From assembly GCA_030390025.1 (NCBI GenBank), contig JASTWF010000323.1, positions 372,001 to 436,000 on the forward strand: DNA of 64,000 nt, written 5' to 3'. The notes under the pieces were generated by a model. It ran no database searches. It saw nothing but the letters and a program-made list of their open reading frames with translations, and was not told where the DNA came from. The translations under genes were made by a program, and so were the position numbers. The stretch's first letter is position 1. Every line of letters starts with the position of its first letter. The DNA is from Squalus acanthias (taxonomy: Eukaryota). Below are positions 22,831 through 36,123 of the stretch, in pieces.

Positions 22831-24680
22831 ATCCCCACTCCCCTCCCCCTCACAACCCAACTCACCGCCCAACTTCCCACCCCCTCACAACTCCAATCCA
22901 CTCCCCTCCCCCTCACTGCCCCACACACCTCACCCTCACCACACCACGCCCCACCGTGTCATCTCCCCAATCCCCTTCCAATCACCGCACCTCTCCATTG
23001 CCCCTCACCACCCCATACCCCTCCCTCTCACCACACAAATCCCCTCCATATCACCGCCCCTCTAAGCTCCCCCACATCCACCCCACTCCCCTAACTTTCA
23101 CCGCCCCACTCCACTCCCCCTCACAAACCAAATCCCTGTACTCACAGCCCAACTCCCCTCCCCCTCAACACCGCACTCCCCTCCCCCTCACCGCCCCACT
23201 CCCCTCCCTCTCACCGCCCCAATCCCCTCCCATTCACTGCCCCTCTCTGCTCCCCGAGTGCACCAATCCGCTCCCACTCACCGCCTTTCCGTGCCCCTCA
23301 CCACTCCACGCCCCACCAATTCACCACCTCACTCCCCCCCCTCTCAGCGCAACACTTCCGTCACCGTCACACTCCCCTCCATCTCACGGCCCCACTCACC
23401 GCCCCACTCCTCTCCCCCTCATCGCCCCACTCCCCTTTCCCTCACCGCCCGACTTCCCTTCCCCTCCCCCTCATGGCCCCACTCCCCACCCCCACGCACA
23501 GCCTCACTCCCCTCCCCCTGACCGCTCAACTCCCCTACACCTAAACGCCCCACTTCCCTCACCCTCACCGCCACACTCCTCACGCCCCCTCCCCTCCACA
23601 CTCCACTCCCCTCAAGTTCAGCCCCCCACTTCCCTCTCTGGAAACCGTAGCACTCACCTCCTGTCCACCACCACACTCCCCTTCCCAGCACTGCCCACTC
23701 CGCTACCCCACACCCTCACCACCCCACTCCCCTTCCCAGCAACCGTTCCAATCCTCCTACCCTCACCGCCCCACTCCACTTCCTCTCACTGTGCCACTCC
23801 TCACGTCACCACCACAATCCCCTCCCACTCCTCACCAACCAATCTCCTGCTCAACACCCCACTCCCCTCCTCCTCACTATCCCAGTCCCAGCAACCTCAC
23901 CACCCAACTCCCATCCCGCTCATCGCCAAATTTCATCCCCTTGACGGGCCCCACTATTCCCCATCACTGGGCCACTCCCCTCCCCTTCAGTACACCACTC
24001 CCCCCCTCTCAGAGCCCCACTCCCCTCCCAATCACTGCCCAACTCCCCTCCAAATTAGCGCCCCACTCCACTCACAATCACCACCCCACTCCCCTCCTCC
24101 CCACTACTCAACTCCCCTCCCTTCACCATCCCCCTCCCCACAGCTCCCCTTCCCCTCTGTCCCTCTCCCCTCCCCCTCAACGCCCAACTCCCCTCCCCCA
24201 GACCGCCCCACTCCCCTACACCACACCACCCCACTCCCCTCCCCCACACCGCCCCACTCCCCTATCCCTCACCATTTCTCTGCCCACCACCTCCACCCCC
24301 CTCACCGCCCCACTCCCCACCATCTCACCATCACGCTCAGTCCCCCTCACCGCCACACTCCCAAATCCCTCACCGCGCCATTCCCAACCGCCTCACACAC
24401 GACCGTCCCCTCACCTTCAGCGCCCCACTCCTCTCCCCCAATCTCCTCCCCCACACCGCCCCACTCCGCGACGTCACCGCCGCACTCACCCATTACCGCC
24501 CCACAACCCACCCACTCGCCGCCCCACATCCCACCCACTCACCGCCCTACTTCTCCCGCCCACTCCCCTTCATCTCACCGACACCCTCCCGCCCCACACC
24601 ACTCCCCGTCAGCAACCCACTCACCTCCCGCTCACCCCCACTTCCCACCCTCCTTCTCCCCCTCCCCATCCCCATCCCCG
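22830..24680. repeat. C-rich ~23-bp minisatellite (cactcccctccccctcaccgccc)
   Basis: Explains the Pro-rich 660-aa ORF. Confidence 0.85.
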
Positions 24681-25215
24681 GACGTGACCTCACCGCGTAG
24701 ACTTCTCCACCAACATGGCCGCCCCGAATAGCTCCACAGGCCCCGCCCCCTCTCCACGGTCACGGGCTCGGTTGACCCGCTATCCCAGAGTGAAGCGCCT
24801 CCCTGAGCCACCGTTCCAATGGGGCATCCGCGCACCCGACCCGTGATGGACAGGTGGGCGAACCAACGAAATGGGTGCTGCTATTCATGACCAAGTCAGC
24901 GCGTCTCTGCTCCACTGAGACCCCGCCACCCGCCGGCACTGTGATGGACAGCGGAGTCAAACAATGGCTGAGGGGCGCTGCCGCGCTTTGACCAATCGGA
25001 GCGCCACCTTGCTGTTCAATTCCTGTCTGGCATTATTGCGTCATTCCCCGACAAACGTTTGAGAGTCATTGCCCGACCAGCGTCATTGCGTCATTTCGCT
25101 TTGACAGACGGTCGAGTGAGGCGCTGGGGGCGCTGGAACCAATGAGAAACCAGAGGGGAATAAGCGCTGCTTAAAGCCAAGCCGACCTCGCTGAATTATG
25201 GTTATGCAAATGTTT
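24678..25215. promoter_or_regulatory. CpG-rich promoter-like region
   Basis: CCAAT at ~24816, ~24992, ~25139; tgcgtca twice (~25038, ~25088); tgatggacag twice; YY1-like caacatggc 24711; GC box ccccgcccc; octamer ATGCAAAT ~25204. Confidence 0.55.
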
Positions 25216-25374
25216 TTCACTGATGTTAATTAAAGCTGGAAACAAACTGAGGAAACTCAGTGAATGAGGGAGGAAGAGACCGAGGGGAGATGAAGGGAGA
25301 AAAATGTAGGGAAAAGGGGGAACGAATTCGGAGAAGGGGAAGTAAATAGGGAAAGTGGAAAAAATAGTATCAAA

Positions 25375-26826
25375 GCACAAAAGGATCCCATTCGGCCCAT
25401 CTTGCCTGTGCCGGCTCTTTGGTAGAGTTACCCACTTAATCCCAATCCCATGTTCTTACACCATAGAACTGAAAACGTTGTCCCTTAAAGTATTTATTCA
25501 ATTCCCTTTTGAAAGTTACTATTGAATCTGCTTCCAACCCCCTTTCAGGCAGTGCATTCCAGATCACATCATCTCGCTGTGTATTTTTTTCCCGCAAATC
25601 GCCTCTGGTTTTTTGCCAATCACCTTAAATCTGTGTCTTCTGCTTACTGACCATTCTGGCACTGGGAACATTTTCTCCTTGTTTACTCCATCAAAAACCC
25701 TTCATAATTTTGAATACCGCTATTAAATCTCCTTTTAACCTTCTCTGCCCTAAGGAGAACAATCGCAGCTTCTCCAGTTTCTACACATAACTGAATTCCC
25801 TCCACCCTGGAACTACTCTGAGAAATCTCTTACAGAGCCTCAGCAAGGCCTTGACATCCTTCCTAAAGTGTGGTGCCCAGAATTAAACGCAATACGCCAG
25901 CTTCGGCCTAACCAGTATTTCATAAAATTTAGCGTAACTTCCTTGCGTTTGTACTCTATTCCTCTATTATTAAAGCCAAGTTCCCATATGATGTTTTATT
26001 AGCCTTCACAACTTTTCCTCCACTTCAGGGATTTGTGTTCATACACCCCATGTCTCTCTGTTCCTGCACCCCCTTTAAAATTGTACCATTTAGTTCCTAT
26101 TGTCTCTCCTCATTGTTCCGACCAAAATGTATCACTTTTCACAGTTTCACAGTTCTTTGTGTTAAATTTCATCTGCCCTGTGTCTGCCCATTTCACCAGT
26201 TTCTCAATGTCCTCCATAAGTATTTTACTGTCCTTCACATTGTTTCCTACTTTTCCGAGTTTTGTATCAACTACAAACTTAAACTCATGCCCGGTATACC
26301 CAAGCTCAGGTCATTAATATATTTCAAAAAAAGCATTGATTCAAAACACCAGCACCTGGAGAGCAACACTGCACACTTCTCTCCAGTTCAAGTACAGTCG
26401 TTCACCACTTCTCAATGTTTTCTGTCCATTAGAAAATGTTGTATCCATGCTGCCGCTGTCCATTTAATCCCATGGGCTTTAATTTTTCCAACACGTCTAT
26501 TATGTTGTTCTTTACCAAATGTCTTTTGAAAGTCCATATACACAACATCAACCGCACTACCCTCATCAACACTCTACGTCACTTTATCAAAGAACGCGAT
26601 CAAGTTTTTCAAACTCGATGCGCCTTTAATAAATCTTTTCTGACTTTCATTTATTAACCCATACTTTTCCAAGTGCAACTTAATTTTGTTCTGGATTAAT
26701 GTCTCTAAAGGTTTCCCCACCACCGGCATTAGGCTGACTGGCCTGCAGTTGCCGGGTTTATCCCCCGCCCCCTGTTTATACAGAGGTGTAACATTTGTAA
26801 TCCGCCCGTCCTCTGGCACTACTTCC
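25375..26826 (-). mobile_element. CR1 LINE RT-to-3' fragment, degenerate
   Basis: Minus ORF VVPEDGRITNVTPLYKQG..PGNCRPVSL; tail ccattcggcccatc at ~25390. Confidence 0.85.
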
Positions 26827-27645
26827 AAAGGGCTCATTACGAGGTCCCTTGCTTTTTGTGGTATACATCAATGATTTAGACTTCAACTTAGGGGGCATGA
26901 TTAAGAAGTTTGCAGATCATGCAAAAAATGACGGTGTGGTTGATAGTGAGGAAGAAAGCTGTAGATTCCAGGAAAATATCAATGGACTGGTCAGGTGGGC
27001 AGCAAGGCGGCAAATGGAATTAAATCCAGAGAAGTGTGAAGTAATGCTAACGAGGTAATGGAATACACACAAAATGGTAGGATACTGCGAAGTGCAGAGG
27101 AACAGAGGGACCTTGGAGTGTGTGTCCACATATCCCTGAAGGTATCAGGGCAGGTAGGTATGTTAGTTAAGAAGGCATACAGGATACTTTCCTTTGTTAG
27201 CCGAGTCATAGAATATAAGAGCAGGGAGGTTATGCTCGAACTTTATAAAACACTTGTTAGGCCACAGCTTGAGCACTGCGTACAGTGCTGTTCACCATAT
27301 TACAAGAAAGATGTGATTGCACTGGAGAGGGTACAGAGGACATTCACGAGGATACTGCTCGGAAGGAAGAATTTTAGCTAAGAGGAAAGATCGGATAGAC
27401 TGGGGTTGCTTTCCATGGAGCAGAGAAGGGAGAGGGGAGATTTAATTGAGGTGTATAACATTATTAGGGGCCTCGATAGAGAGGATAGGAACGACCTATT
27501 TCCCCTAGCAGAGATATGAATAACCAAAGGGCATAGAGTTAAAGTAATTGGTAGAAGGATTAGAGGGAATTTGAGGAGAAATGTTTTCGCCAGATGGTGA
27601 CGTGATCTGGAACTCACTGCCTGAGAGGGTGGTAGAGGCACATTT
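26823..27645 (+). mobile_element. CR1 LINE RT C-terminal fragment
   Basis: LFVVYINDLD..KFADH..; LYKTLVRPQLEHCVQ. Confidence 0.85.
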
Positions 27646-27647
27646 AA

Positions 27648-27816
27648 AGAAAGAAAGAAAGACTTGCATTTATATTGTGCTTTTCACGACCTCACGACGT
27701 CCCAAAGCGCTTTGCAGCCAGTGAAGAGGCGGGAGTGTTACCCACTGAGTTACAGCTGACATAAGTACATAAAAAGTTAAAGGCGCTATATAAACGCAAG
27801 TTTTTGTTGTTGTTGT
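27648..27816. mobile_element. Short DeuSINE/L2 tail fragments
   Basis: aaagaaagacttgcatttata..cccaaagcgcttt (minus-strand SINE tail) and aaggcgctatataaacgcaagt(ttg)n (plus-strand L2 tail). Confidence 0.55.
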
Positions 27817-28870
27817 CACCTAGGGAGCTCTAGCTTTGGAGGCCATTCCTTCCCCCCTCATGGGAATGCGTCTTTCTGTACCGGAACCATCTCCTCTTTG
27901 AAGGCCTACCATTATTCAATTATTGTTTTGCCGACCAACCTTCGATTCCAAAGCACCTGGGCCAGTTCCCTTTATTCTCCCTGATATTAGCCCAGCTCCA
28001 GTTAATTACTTTTACGCTTGATTGATCCCCGTCCATTTCCATAACTATTCTAAACCTGATGATATTATGACCACTTTTCTTCTAATTCCCCACCACCCCC
28101 CCAAAAAAAATACATGCTTCACTTGCTCCACTTCATGCCCCAGAACTTGATCCAGCACTGATTCCTTCCTCATTGGACTGGTCAGGAAAGTTCACTTGTA
28201 TACATTTGATGACTTCCTCCCCCTCTTTGCCCTTTACACTGTTACAATTCCAGTCTATATTGAGATAACTGAAGTCCCCCTTTATCACTACACTGTAGTT
28301 CTTGCATATTTAGGTAATGTGCCTACAAATTTGCTCCTTTATCTCCTTCCCATTATTTGGTGGTCTATAGTGTACACCGAGAATCGTAATATCTCCTCTA
28401 TTATTCCTTAATTCTAACCAAATAGATTCTGTCTTTGGCCCCTCAACAACCTCATCCCTTTCCAGTGCTGTAATAGTTACTTTTATCAATACTGCTACAC
28501 ACCCTCCTTTCTTTGCTTCCCTATCTTTCCTGAATACCTTGTAGCCAGAAATATTAAGTTCCCAATCCTCCCCTTCTTTGATCCAGGTCTCTGTTCTTGC
28601 CATTATATCATAGTCGCATGTGGCGACTTGTGCCTGCAGCTCACCATCCTTATTTACCACACACCGTGCATTTATGTACATACACTTCAAAACCGTCTTA
28701 GACTGCCTCGCATTTACCTCCAGTCTGATCCCTCCTATTTCTGAAATAGACTTTACTCTGGTGCTACTCGCCTCTCCCAGTTCTCTGTGCACCTTGTTTC
28801 TCCTCCTCTAATATTTCATCCGAGTGCCCATCCCCCAGCCAAATTAGTTTAAACCCGACCAACAGCACAA
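27817..28870 (-). mobile_element. CR1 LINE ORF2 endonuclease region, degenerate
   Basis: Minus ORF LKCMYINARCVVNKDGEL..YDIMARTETW..ISGYKVFRKDR..ESIWLELRN..YRPPN (APE domain). Confidence 0.85.
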
Positions 28871-29014
28871 GTGTGGAAAAGTAGAAATGACTGGGGGCGT
28901 GGGAGGGGAAGAAATATGGTAAGGTGAAAAAAGTGGGAGACGAGGGGAAGAAATGGGAGACGAGGGAATGATATGGCGAAGTGGAAAGAAATGTGGGGAA
29001 ACCTGTGTCAGAAT

Positions 29015-29150
29015 TTCAGGTCCGCCGATTGTGCGGTGAATGTGAGCTCAGTGCGTCTCACCGGAAGTGACCTCATCCCGCAGAGGTGATCGCCAACATG
29101 GCCCCCACCGGCAACACGTTCCTGTCCGCCATCTTGTCAATACCCCCCGC
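29015..29150. promoter_or_regulatory. ETS (CCGGAAGTG) + YY1-like elements, paralogous to 24678-24727
   Basis: ccggaagtgacctcat..ccaacatggccccc..ccgccatcttg versus ccggacgtgacctcac..ccaacatggccgcc. Confidence 0.45.
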
Positions 29151-29319
29151 ATAGGGCATTGAGAGTGAGAGTGAGAGAGAACGAGACAGAGTGAGAGAGA
29201 GAGACAGAGACAGAGGAGTAAATATAGAGGGACAGTGGGAGAGAGATGAAGAGAGAGAGAGAGCGAAATAGATCAAGTGAGAAAGAGAGACATACAGAGA
29301 GAGAATTATAAAGGGTGAG

Positions 29320-31980
29320 AGGGATTGGGGCAGGCACCATTAAATAGGGGATGGGGAAGGCAACAGTAAATGGGGAATTGGGGAAGGGCACCATTAAATG
29401 GGGGATTGGAGAAGGCAACAGTAAATGGGAAAATGTGGAAGGCACCTGTCAATGGGGGATTGGGGAATTCGCCAGTCAATGGGGAACTGGGCAGGCACCA
29501 GTAAAAGGGGATTGGGGAAGTGCACCAGTAAATGGGAGATTGGGGAAGGCAACAGTAAATAGGAGATTGTGGAAGGCAACAGTAAACGGTGGTTTTGGGG
29601 AAGAAACCAGTAAATGGGGGATTAGGGAAGGACACCAGTAAATGGGGGATTAGGGAAGGACACCAGTAAATGGGGGATTGGGGAATGGCAGCAGTAAATG
29701 GGGGATTGGTAAAGTGCCCAAGTTAATGGGGGATTGGGGAAGGTACCAGTAACTGGGTGATTGAGGAACGGCAGCAGTAAATGAAGGATTGGGGAAGTGC
29801 ACCAGTAGATGTGGGATTGGGGCAGGCACCAATAAATGGGGGATTGGGGAATGGCAACAGTAAATGAGGGATTGGGGATGGCAACAGTATACGAGAGTAT
29901 TGGGGACGGTACTAGTAAATGGGGGATTGGGGATGGACACCATTAAATGGGGGATTGTGGAAGGCACCATTAAGTGGGGTTTGGGGAAGGCACCAGTAAA
30001 TTGGATATTGGGGGAGGCACCAGTAAATGGGGGATAGGTAAAATGCCCCAGTAAATGGGGGATTGGGGAAGGTGCCAGTAAATGGGGTTTGGGGCAGGCA
30101 CCAGTAAATGGGGGATTGGTGAAGGGAACTAGTAAATGGGTGATTAGGGAAGGGTACCAGTCAATGATTGATTGGGGAAGGAACCAGAAAATGGGGTATT
30201 GGGGGAGGCACCAGTAAATGGGGGATTGGGTAAGGCACCAGTAAATGGGGGATTGGGGAAGGGAAACTGTAAATGGGGGTATGGGGAGGGCACCAGTGAA
30301 TGGGTATTGGAAAGGGCACCAGTAAATGGGTGATTGGGTAAGGGCACCAGTAAATGAGGGATTGAGGGAAGGCAGCAGTAATTGGGGGAGGCACCAGTAA
30401 ATGGGGATTGGGGAAGGCACCAGTAAATGGGGGATTTGGGAAGGGCACCAGTAAATGGGAATTGGGAAAGGGCACCAGCAAATGGGGGACTGGGGAAGGG
30501 CACCAGTAAATGGTTGATTATGGGAAGGCACCAGTAATTGGGGGATTGTGGACGGTCAACAGTAAGTGGGTGATTGGGGAATGAAGCAGTAAATGGGGGA
30601 CTGTGGAAGGGCACCAGTAAATGGGGGATTGGTGAAGGCACCAGTAAATGAGAGATTGGGGAAGGCACCAGTAAATGGGGATTGGGGAAGGACACCAGTA
30701 AATGGGAGATTGGGGAAGGCAACAGTAAATGGGAGACTGGGGAAGGCACCAGTGAATGGGGGATTGGGGAAGGCAACAGTAAACGGCGGTTTTGGGGAAG
30801 GCAGCAGTAAATGGGGGATTAGGGAAGGACACCAGTAAATGGGAGATTGGGGAATGGCAGCAGTAAATGGGGGATAGGTAAAGTGCCCAAGTTAATGGGG
30901 GATTTTGGAAGGTACCAGTAACTGGGTGATTGTGGAACGGCAGCAGTAAATGGAGGATTGGGGAATGGCAACAGTAAATGAGGGATTGGGGATGGCAACA
31001 GTATACGAGAGTATTGGGGACCGTACCAGTAAGTGGGGGATTGGGGATGGACACCAATGAATGGGGGATTCTGGAAGGCACCATTAAATGGGGTTTGGGG
31101 AAGGCACCAGTAAATTGTAGATTGGGGATGGCACAAGTAAATGGGAGATTGGGGAAGCCACCAGTAAATTGGATATTGGGGGAGGCACCAGTAAATGGGG
31201 GATAGGTAAAATGCCCCAGTAAATGGTGGTTTGGGGAAGGTGCCAGTAAATGGGAGATTGGGGGAGGCAAGAGTAAATGGTGGATTGGTGAAGGGAACAA
31301 GTAAATGGGTGATTAGGGAAGGGTACCAGTAAATGGGGGATTGATGAAGGCACCAGTAAATGGGGCATTGGGGAAGGACACCAGTAAATGGGGGATTGGG
31401 GAATGGCAGCAGTAAATGGAGGATTGGGGAAGGCACCAGTAGATGTGGGATTGGGGATGGCACCAGTAAACAAGGGGATTCTAGAAGGCACCAGTAAATG
31501 GAGGATTGGGGAAGGCACCAGTAAATGGGGGCTTGGAGAAGGCACCAGTAAATGAAGGATTGGGTATGGCATCAGTAAATGGGGGATTGGTGAAGGGCAT
31601 CAGTAAATGGGGGACTGGGGGAGGCACCAGTAAATGAGGGATTAGGTCAGGCACCAGTAAATGGGGCATTGGGGAAGGCACCATTAAATGGGGGATATGT
31701 AAAGTGCCCTAGTAAAAAGGGTATTGGGGAAGGGCACCAGTAAATTAGCGATTGGGGCAGGCACCAGTAAATTAGCGATTGGGGCAGGCACCAATAAATG
31801 GGGGATTGGGGAGGGCACCAGTAAATGTGAGTTTGTGGAAGGCATCAATAAATGGGGGAGTGGAGAGTGGGCACCAGTAAATGGGTGATTGGGGAATGGC
31901 AAAAGTAAATGGGGGATTGGGGGAGGCACCAGTAAATTGGGGATTGGGGGAGGCACCAGTAACTTGCGATTGGGGAAGGG
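29320..31980. repeat. 27-28-bp G-rich minisatellite (ggcaccagtaaatgggggattggggaa), ~2.7 kb
   Basis: Tandem array. Confidence 0.95.
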
Positions 31981-31984
31981 CGGA

Positions 31985-34900
31985 TTAGGGACCCACTTTA
32001 AAGAGGGAGTCTCACCATTAAGGACCCCTTTTAAAGAGGGAATCTCGCCATCAGGAAACCCTTTTAAAGATGGAGTCTCACCATCAGGGACATGATTAAA
32101 GAGGATGCTCCAGCATCAGTGACACCATTTAAAGAGAATGTTTTTCTATCAAGGACCCCATTTAAAGAGGGAGCCTTTCTATCAGGGATCCCTTTTAAAG
32201 AGAATCTTCCTATTAGGGACACCTTTTAAAGAGTGTCTCCCCATAAGGGACCGCTTTTAAAGAGGGAATCTCACCATCAGGGACCGCTTTTAAAGAGGGA
32301 TTCTCCCCATCAGGGATTCTTTTAAAGAGGGTGTCTCACCATTCGAGACCCCTTTTAAAGAGGGATTTTCACCATTGGGGCCCCATTTAAAGAGGGAGTA
32401 TCACCAACAGGGACCCCTTTTAAAAGGGGAGTCTCAGCATCCGGGACCCCTTTTATAAAGAGAGTCTCACCACCAGGGACACCTTTTAAAGAGGCAGTCT
32501 TTCTATCAGGGACTCCTTTTAAACAGAATCTTCCTTTTAGTGACAACTTTTAAAGAGAGAGTCTTACCATCAGGTACCCCTTTTAAAGAATCTCACCATC
32601 AGGGACGCCTTTTATAAAGATAGAGTCTCCCGATTAGGGATCCCTTTTAAAGAGGGAATCTTGCCGTAAGAGACCCGTTTAAAGGGGGAGTCTTTCTATC
32701 AGGGAGTCCTTTGAAACAGAGAGTCTAACCTTTGGGGTGCCATCTTTCTATCGAGGTCCCCTTTTAAAGAGGGAGTCTTTCTATCCGGGACCCATTTTAA
32801 AAAGAATCTTCAAATTAGGTAAACATTTTATAGAGAGAGTGTTTCCATCAGGGACCCCTTTTGAAGAGGGAGTTTCAGCATCAGGGACCCGTTTTAAAGA
32901 GGGAGTGTCTCCATCAGGGACACTTTTTAAAGAGGGTGTCTCACCATCAGGGACACCTTTTAAAGAGAGATCTCCACATCAGGGATCCCTTCTAAAGAGA
33001 GTCTCACCGTCAGGATCCCCTTTTAAAGAGAAAGTCTCACCATAAAGATTCCCTTTTAATGAGAAAGTGTCACCAGCAGGGACCCCTTTTAAAGAGGGAG
33101 GCTTGCCATCAGAGACCCTTTTAAAGAGGGAGACTTTCTATCAAGGTCCCCTTTTAAAGAGAGTACCATCATCAGGGTCCCCTTTAAAGAGGTTGTGTCT
33201 CCATCAGGGACAAATTTTAAAGAGGGAGTGTTCCCACATCAGGGTCCCCTTTTAAAGAGGGAGTCTAAACATAAGGGACCCCTTTATGAGGGGGTTTCAT
33301 CATCTGGACCCCTTTTAAAAAGAATCTCACCATTAGGGAACCCTTTTAAAGAGAGAATTTCTTTAAAGATGGTGGTCATGATGCGGAGATGCCGATTTTG
33401 GACTGGGGTGGACAAAAATGAGAAGTCGCACAACACCAAGCTTGTGATTTCAAATAAAACTGTTGGACTATAACCTGGTGTTGTGCGACTTCTCATCTTT
33501 TAAAGAAGCACTCACACCATCAGGGAACCCATTGAAAGAGGGAGTCTCACCATCAGGGAACCCATTGAAAGAGGGAGCCTCACCATCAGGGAACCCATTG
33601 AAAGAGGGAGCCTCACCATCAGGAACCCCTTTTAAAGAGGGTGTTTCAGCATCAGGGACCCTTGTTAAAGAGAGAGTCTAACCACCAGGGACCCATTTTA
33701 AAGACAGAATCACCTCATTAGGGATCGCTTTTAAAGAAGGAGTATTCCCATCAGAGACCCTTCTAAACGGGGAGTCTTTCTTTCAGGGGGCCCTTTTAAA
33801 AAGGGAGTCTCTCCCTTGGGGTCCCATTTTAAAGAGAGAAATTCTATCAAGGTTCAGTTTTAACGAGAGAGTCTTTCTATCAAGGTTTCCTTTTAAAGAG
33901 GGAGTGTCTCCATCAGGCACATCTTTTAAAGACAGAGTCTCACCATCAGGGACCCCTTTTAATGAGGGAGTGTCGCCATCAGGGACCCCTTTTAAATAGA
34001 GATTCCCCCCATAAGGAAACCCATTTAAAGAGAGAGTCTCTCCATCAGGGACTGCTTTTATAGAGGGAGTCTCACCATCAGGGACCTATATTAAAGAGGG
34101 AGTCTCACCACTAGGGAACCCTTTGAAAAAGAGAGTCTTTCTATCAGGGACCCCTTTTAAAGAGGGAATCTCCCCGTTAGGGACCCCTTTTAAAGAGTCT
34201 CTACATCAAGGACCCCTTTTAAAAAGCGTGTTTCAGCATCAGGGACACCTATTAAAAGAGTTAGTCTTTCTATCAGGGACCCCTTTTAAAAAGAATGTTT
34301 CTATTAGGGACACCTTTAAAGAGAGTATGACCATCAGGGGCTCCTTTTAAAGAGAAAATCTTTCTATCAGGGATCCCGTTTAAAGAGACAGTCTCCCCAT
34401 CAGGGACATCTTTAAAAGAAGCAGTCTCACCATCAGGAACCCCTTTTAAAGAGAGTGTCTCACCATCAAGGATTCCTTTTAAAGAGAAAGTCTTAGTATC
34501 AGGGAACCCTTTTAAAAAGAGAGTCTCTCCATCAGGGGCCGCTTTTAAAGGGGGAATCTCACCATAAAGGACCTATATTAATGAGGGAGTCTCACTATCA
34601 GGGACCCCTTTTAAAGAGAGTCTTTCAATCAGGGACCACTTTTAAAGAGAGAGTCTCCCATTAGGGACCCCATTTAAAGTGGCTCACCATCATGGACCAC
34701 TTTTAAAAAGGGTGATTCAGCATCAGGGACTCTATTTAAAGAGGGAGTCTTTCTATCGGACCCCTTATAAAGAGAGAGTCTCCCCATTAGGGACCCCTTT
34801 TAAAGAGGCTCAACATCAGGGATCCCTTTTAAAGAGGATGTTTCAGCATTAGGGACTCCTATTAAAAAGGGAGTAACACCATCAGGGACCCCTTTTAAAG

Positions 34901-35240
34901 AAATAGTGTCACCATCAGGGACCCCTTTTAAAGAGGGAGTCTCACCATCAGGGACACCTTTTAAAGAGAGAGTCTCACCATCAGGGATCACTTTTAAAGA
35001 GTGCATCTCACCATCAGCTGCCCCTTTGAAAGAGGAAGTCTTCCCATCAGCGTTCCCTTTTAAAGAGAGAGTCTCGCCATCAGGGGCCCCTTTTAACGAG
35101 AGTGTCACCCCATTAGGGATCCCTGTTAAAGAGGGAGTTTCGCCATCTGAGACACTTTTAAATAGGGAGTCTTTCTATCAGGGAGCCCTTTTAGATAGGG
35201 AGTCTCTCCCTTGGTGGCCCTATTGAAAGAGAGAGAATTC
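31985..35240. repeat. 33-bp minisatellite (gagggagtctcaccatcagggaccccttttaaa), ~3.2 kb
   Basis: Tandem array with indels. Confidence 0.95.
33376..33497. mobile_element. Short inverted-repeat element inserted in the minisatellite (internally deleted Penelope-like shark repeat, tentative)
   Basis: Perfect 21-bp inverted repeat 33418-33438 / 33476-33496; catgatgcggagatgccg..ggactggggtggacaaa and aataaaactgttggactataacctggtgttgtg resemble an abundant shark repeat (recalled). Confidence 0.5.
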
Positions 35241-35786
35241 CTCCCACACGCTGCCGGTTTTTAAAACTTGTTTTAAATCTGCTGCTCTGGGCCAGTGCAT
35301 TCCACAGTCTCACAACCCTTTCTACAAATACCGTCTCACTGCTTGACTTCTCTGTTTATTAGTTATGAATCACCTTGAGGAGCAATGATGGCGTTTGTGA
35401 CGTCAGATTAAAAGGCGGCCTATTGGAAACACGTTGGGGTCACAGTTTATTTTTGCACAGAATTGAACCTGAATCATTCAGGATGGAATATTGTATTTGA
35501 TGCATCACAATAAACAATATCTTGTTATAAATTTTGACTCATTATTTCCCCAGTTTCAGAGGAAGAATTGTCTGATCATTTATTTCATGTAAGAATCAAA
35601 CACAGGTATTCATTCAGAATCATCTCACAGATTGACACTGAGATAAACCCTGAGAGATTCAGTCAGCATCTGGAAACATGGCGGAATAGACAAGAGAGAT
35701 GGATAAATACAAAACGGCCTCAGACTCCCACAGGCAGTGACAGGTAGGTATCAGTGAGGGGAGGGCGATTTCTACAGCCGTGATTT

Positions 35787-35861
35787 GGTTCCGTGGCTTA
35801 GCTGGTCGAAACGCCTATTCAGTAAATAGGGGATTACTGGGTTCGAATCCCAGCGGGGCCT
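35787..35861 (+). tRNA. tRNA-Thr(AGT)-like gene, probably pseudogene
   Basis: GGTTCCGTGGCTTAGCTGGT..CCTAT TC AGT AA ATAGG..CTGGGTTCGAATCCCAGCGGGGCCT matches vertebrate Thr-AGT; U33 is C, D-stem mismatch, +1 nt in variable loop; T-rich terminator follows. Confidence 0.85.
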
Positions 35862-36123
35862 TTCTTTTCTCTTTATGACCCTCCAGAGGATCGTTGATTC
35901 TCGTGTCAAAGGGCCACAATCCTTTTAAATGTAACTGCGGCTGCAGTAATTTCCATTCTGGATTAAGGCCTCAGTCGCTGCGGGGCGTGGGGCGAATTCC
36001 ACCGCTGTCATAATTTCTGGCGGTGCTTATTTTGGCCTCTTCACTAAATATCCATCTTTTCTAAGCAGTGCTGTGCGTGGCTTTGCTGTGAACAGAGCAG
36101 AGTAGTCACCGTGAATGTGTGGC

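Noticed and set aside
22749..24731. 660-aa Pro/Ser/His-rich ORF (extensin-like)
   Set aside because: Translation of a C-rich minisatellite that lacks stop codons by composition; non-ATG start, overlapping frames also open
26800..26860. Twin-priming inversion of one CR1
   Set aside because: The minus and plus segments both cover the RT C-terminal region, so they are two separate elements joined head-to-head
29306..35226. Many ORFs with repeated peptides (PIPHLLVPSP, EGVSPSGTPFK)
   Set aside because: Minisatellite translations with frequent frameshifting indels and no splice signals
35380..35755. CRE (tgacgtca ~35398) and a possible donor (cag|gtaggt ~35744) as a gene start
   Set aside because: No supportable coding exon or partner acceptor found; isolated motifs occur by chance
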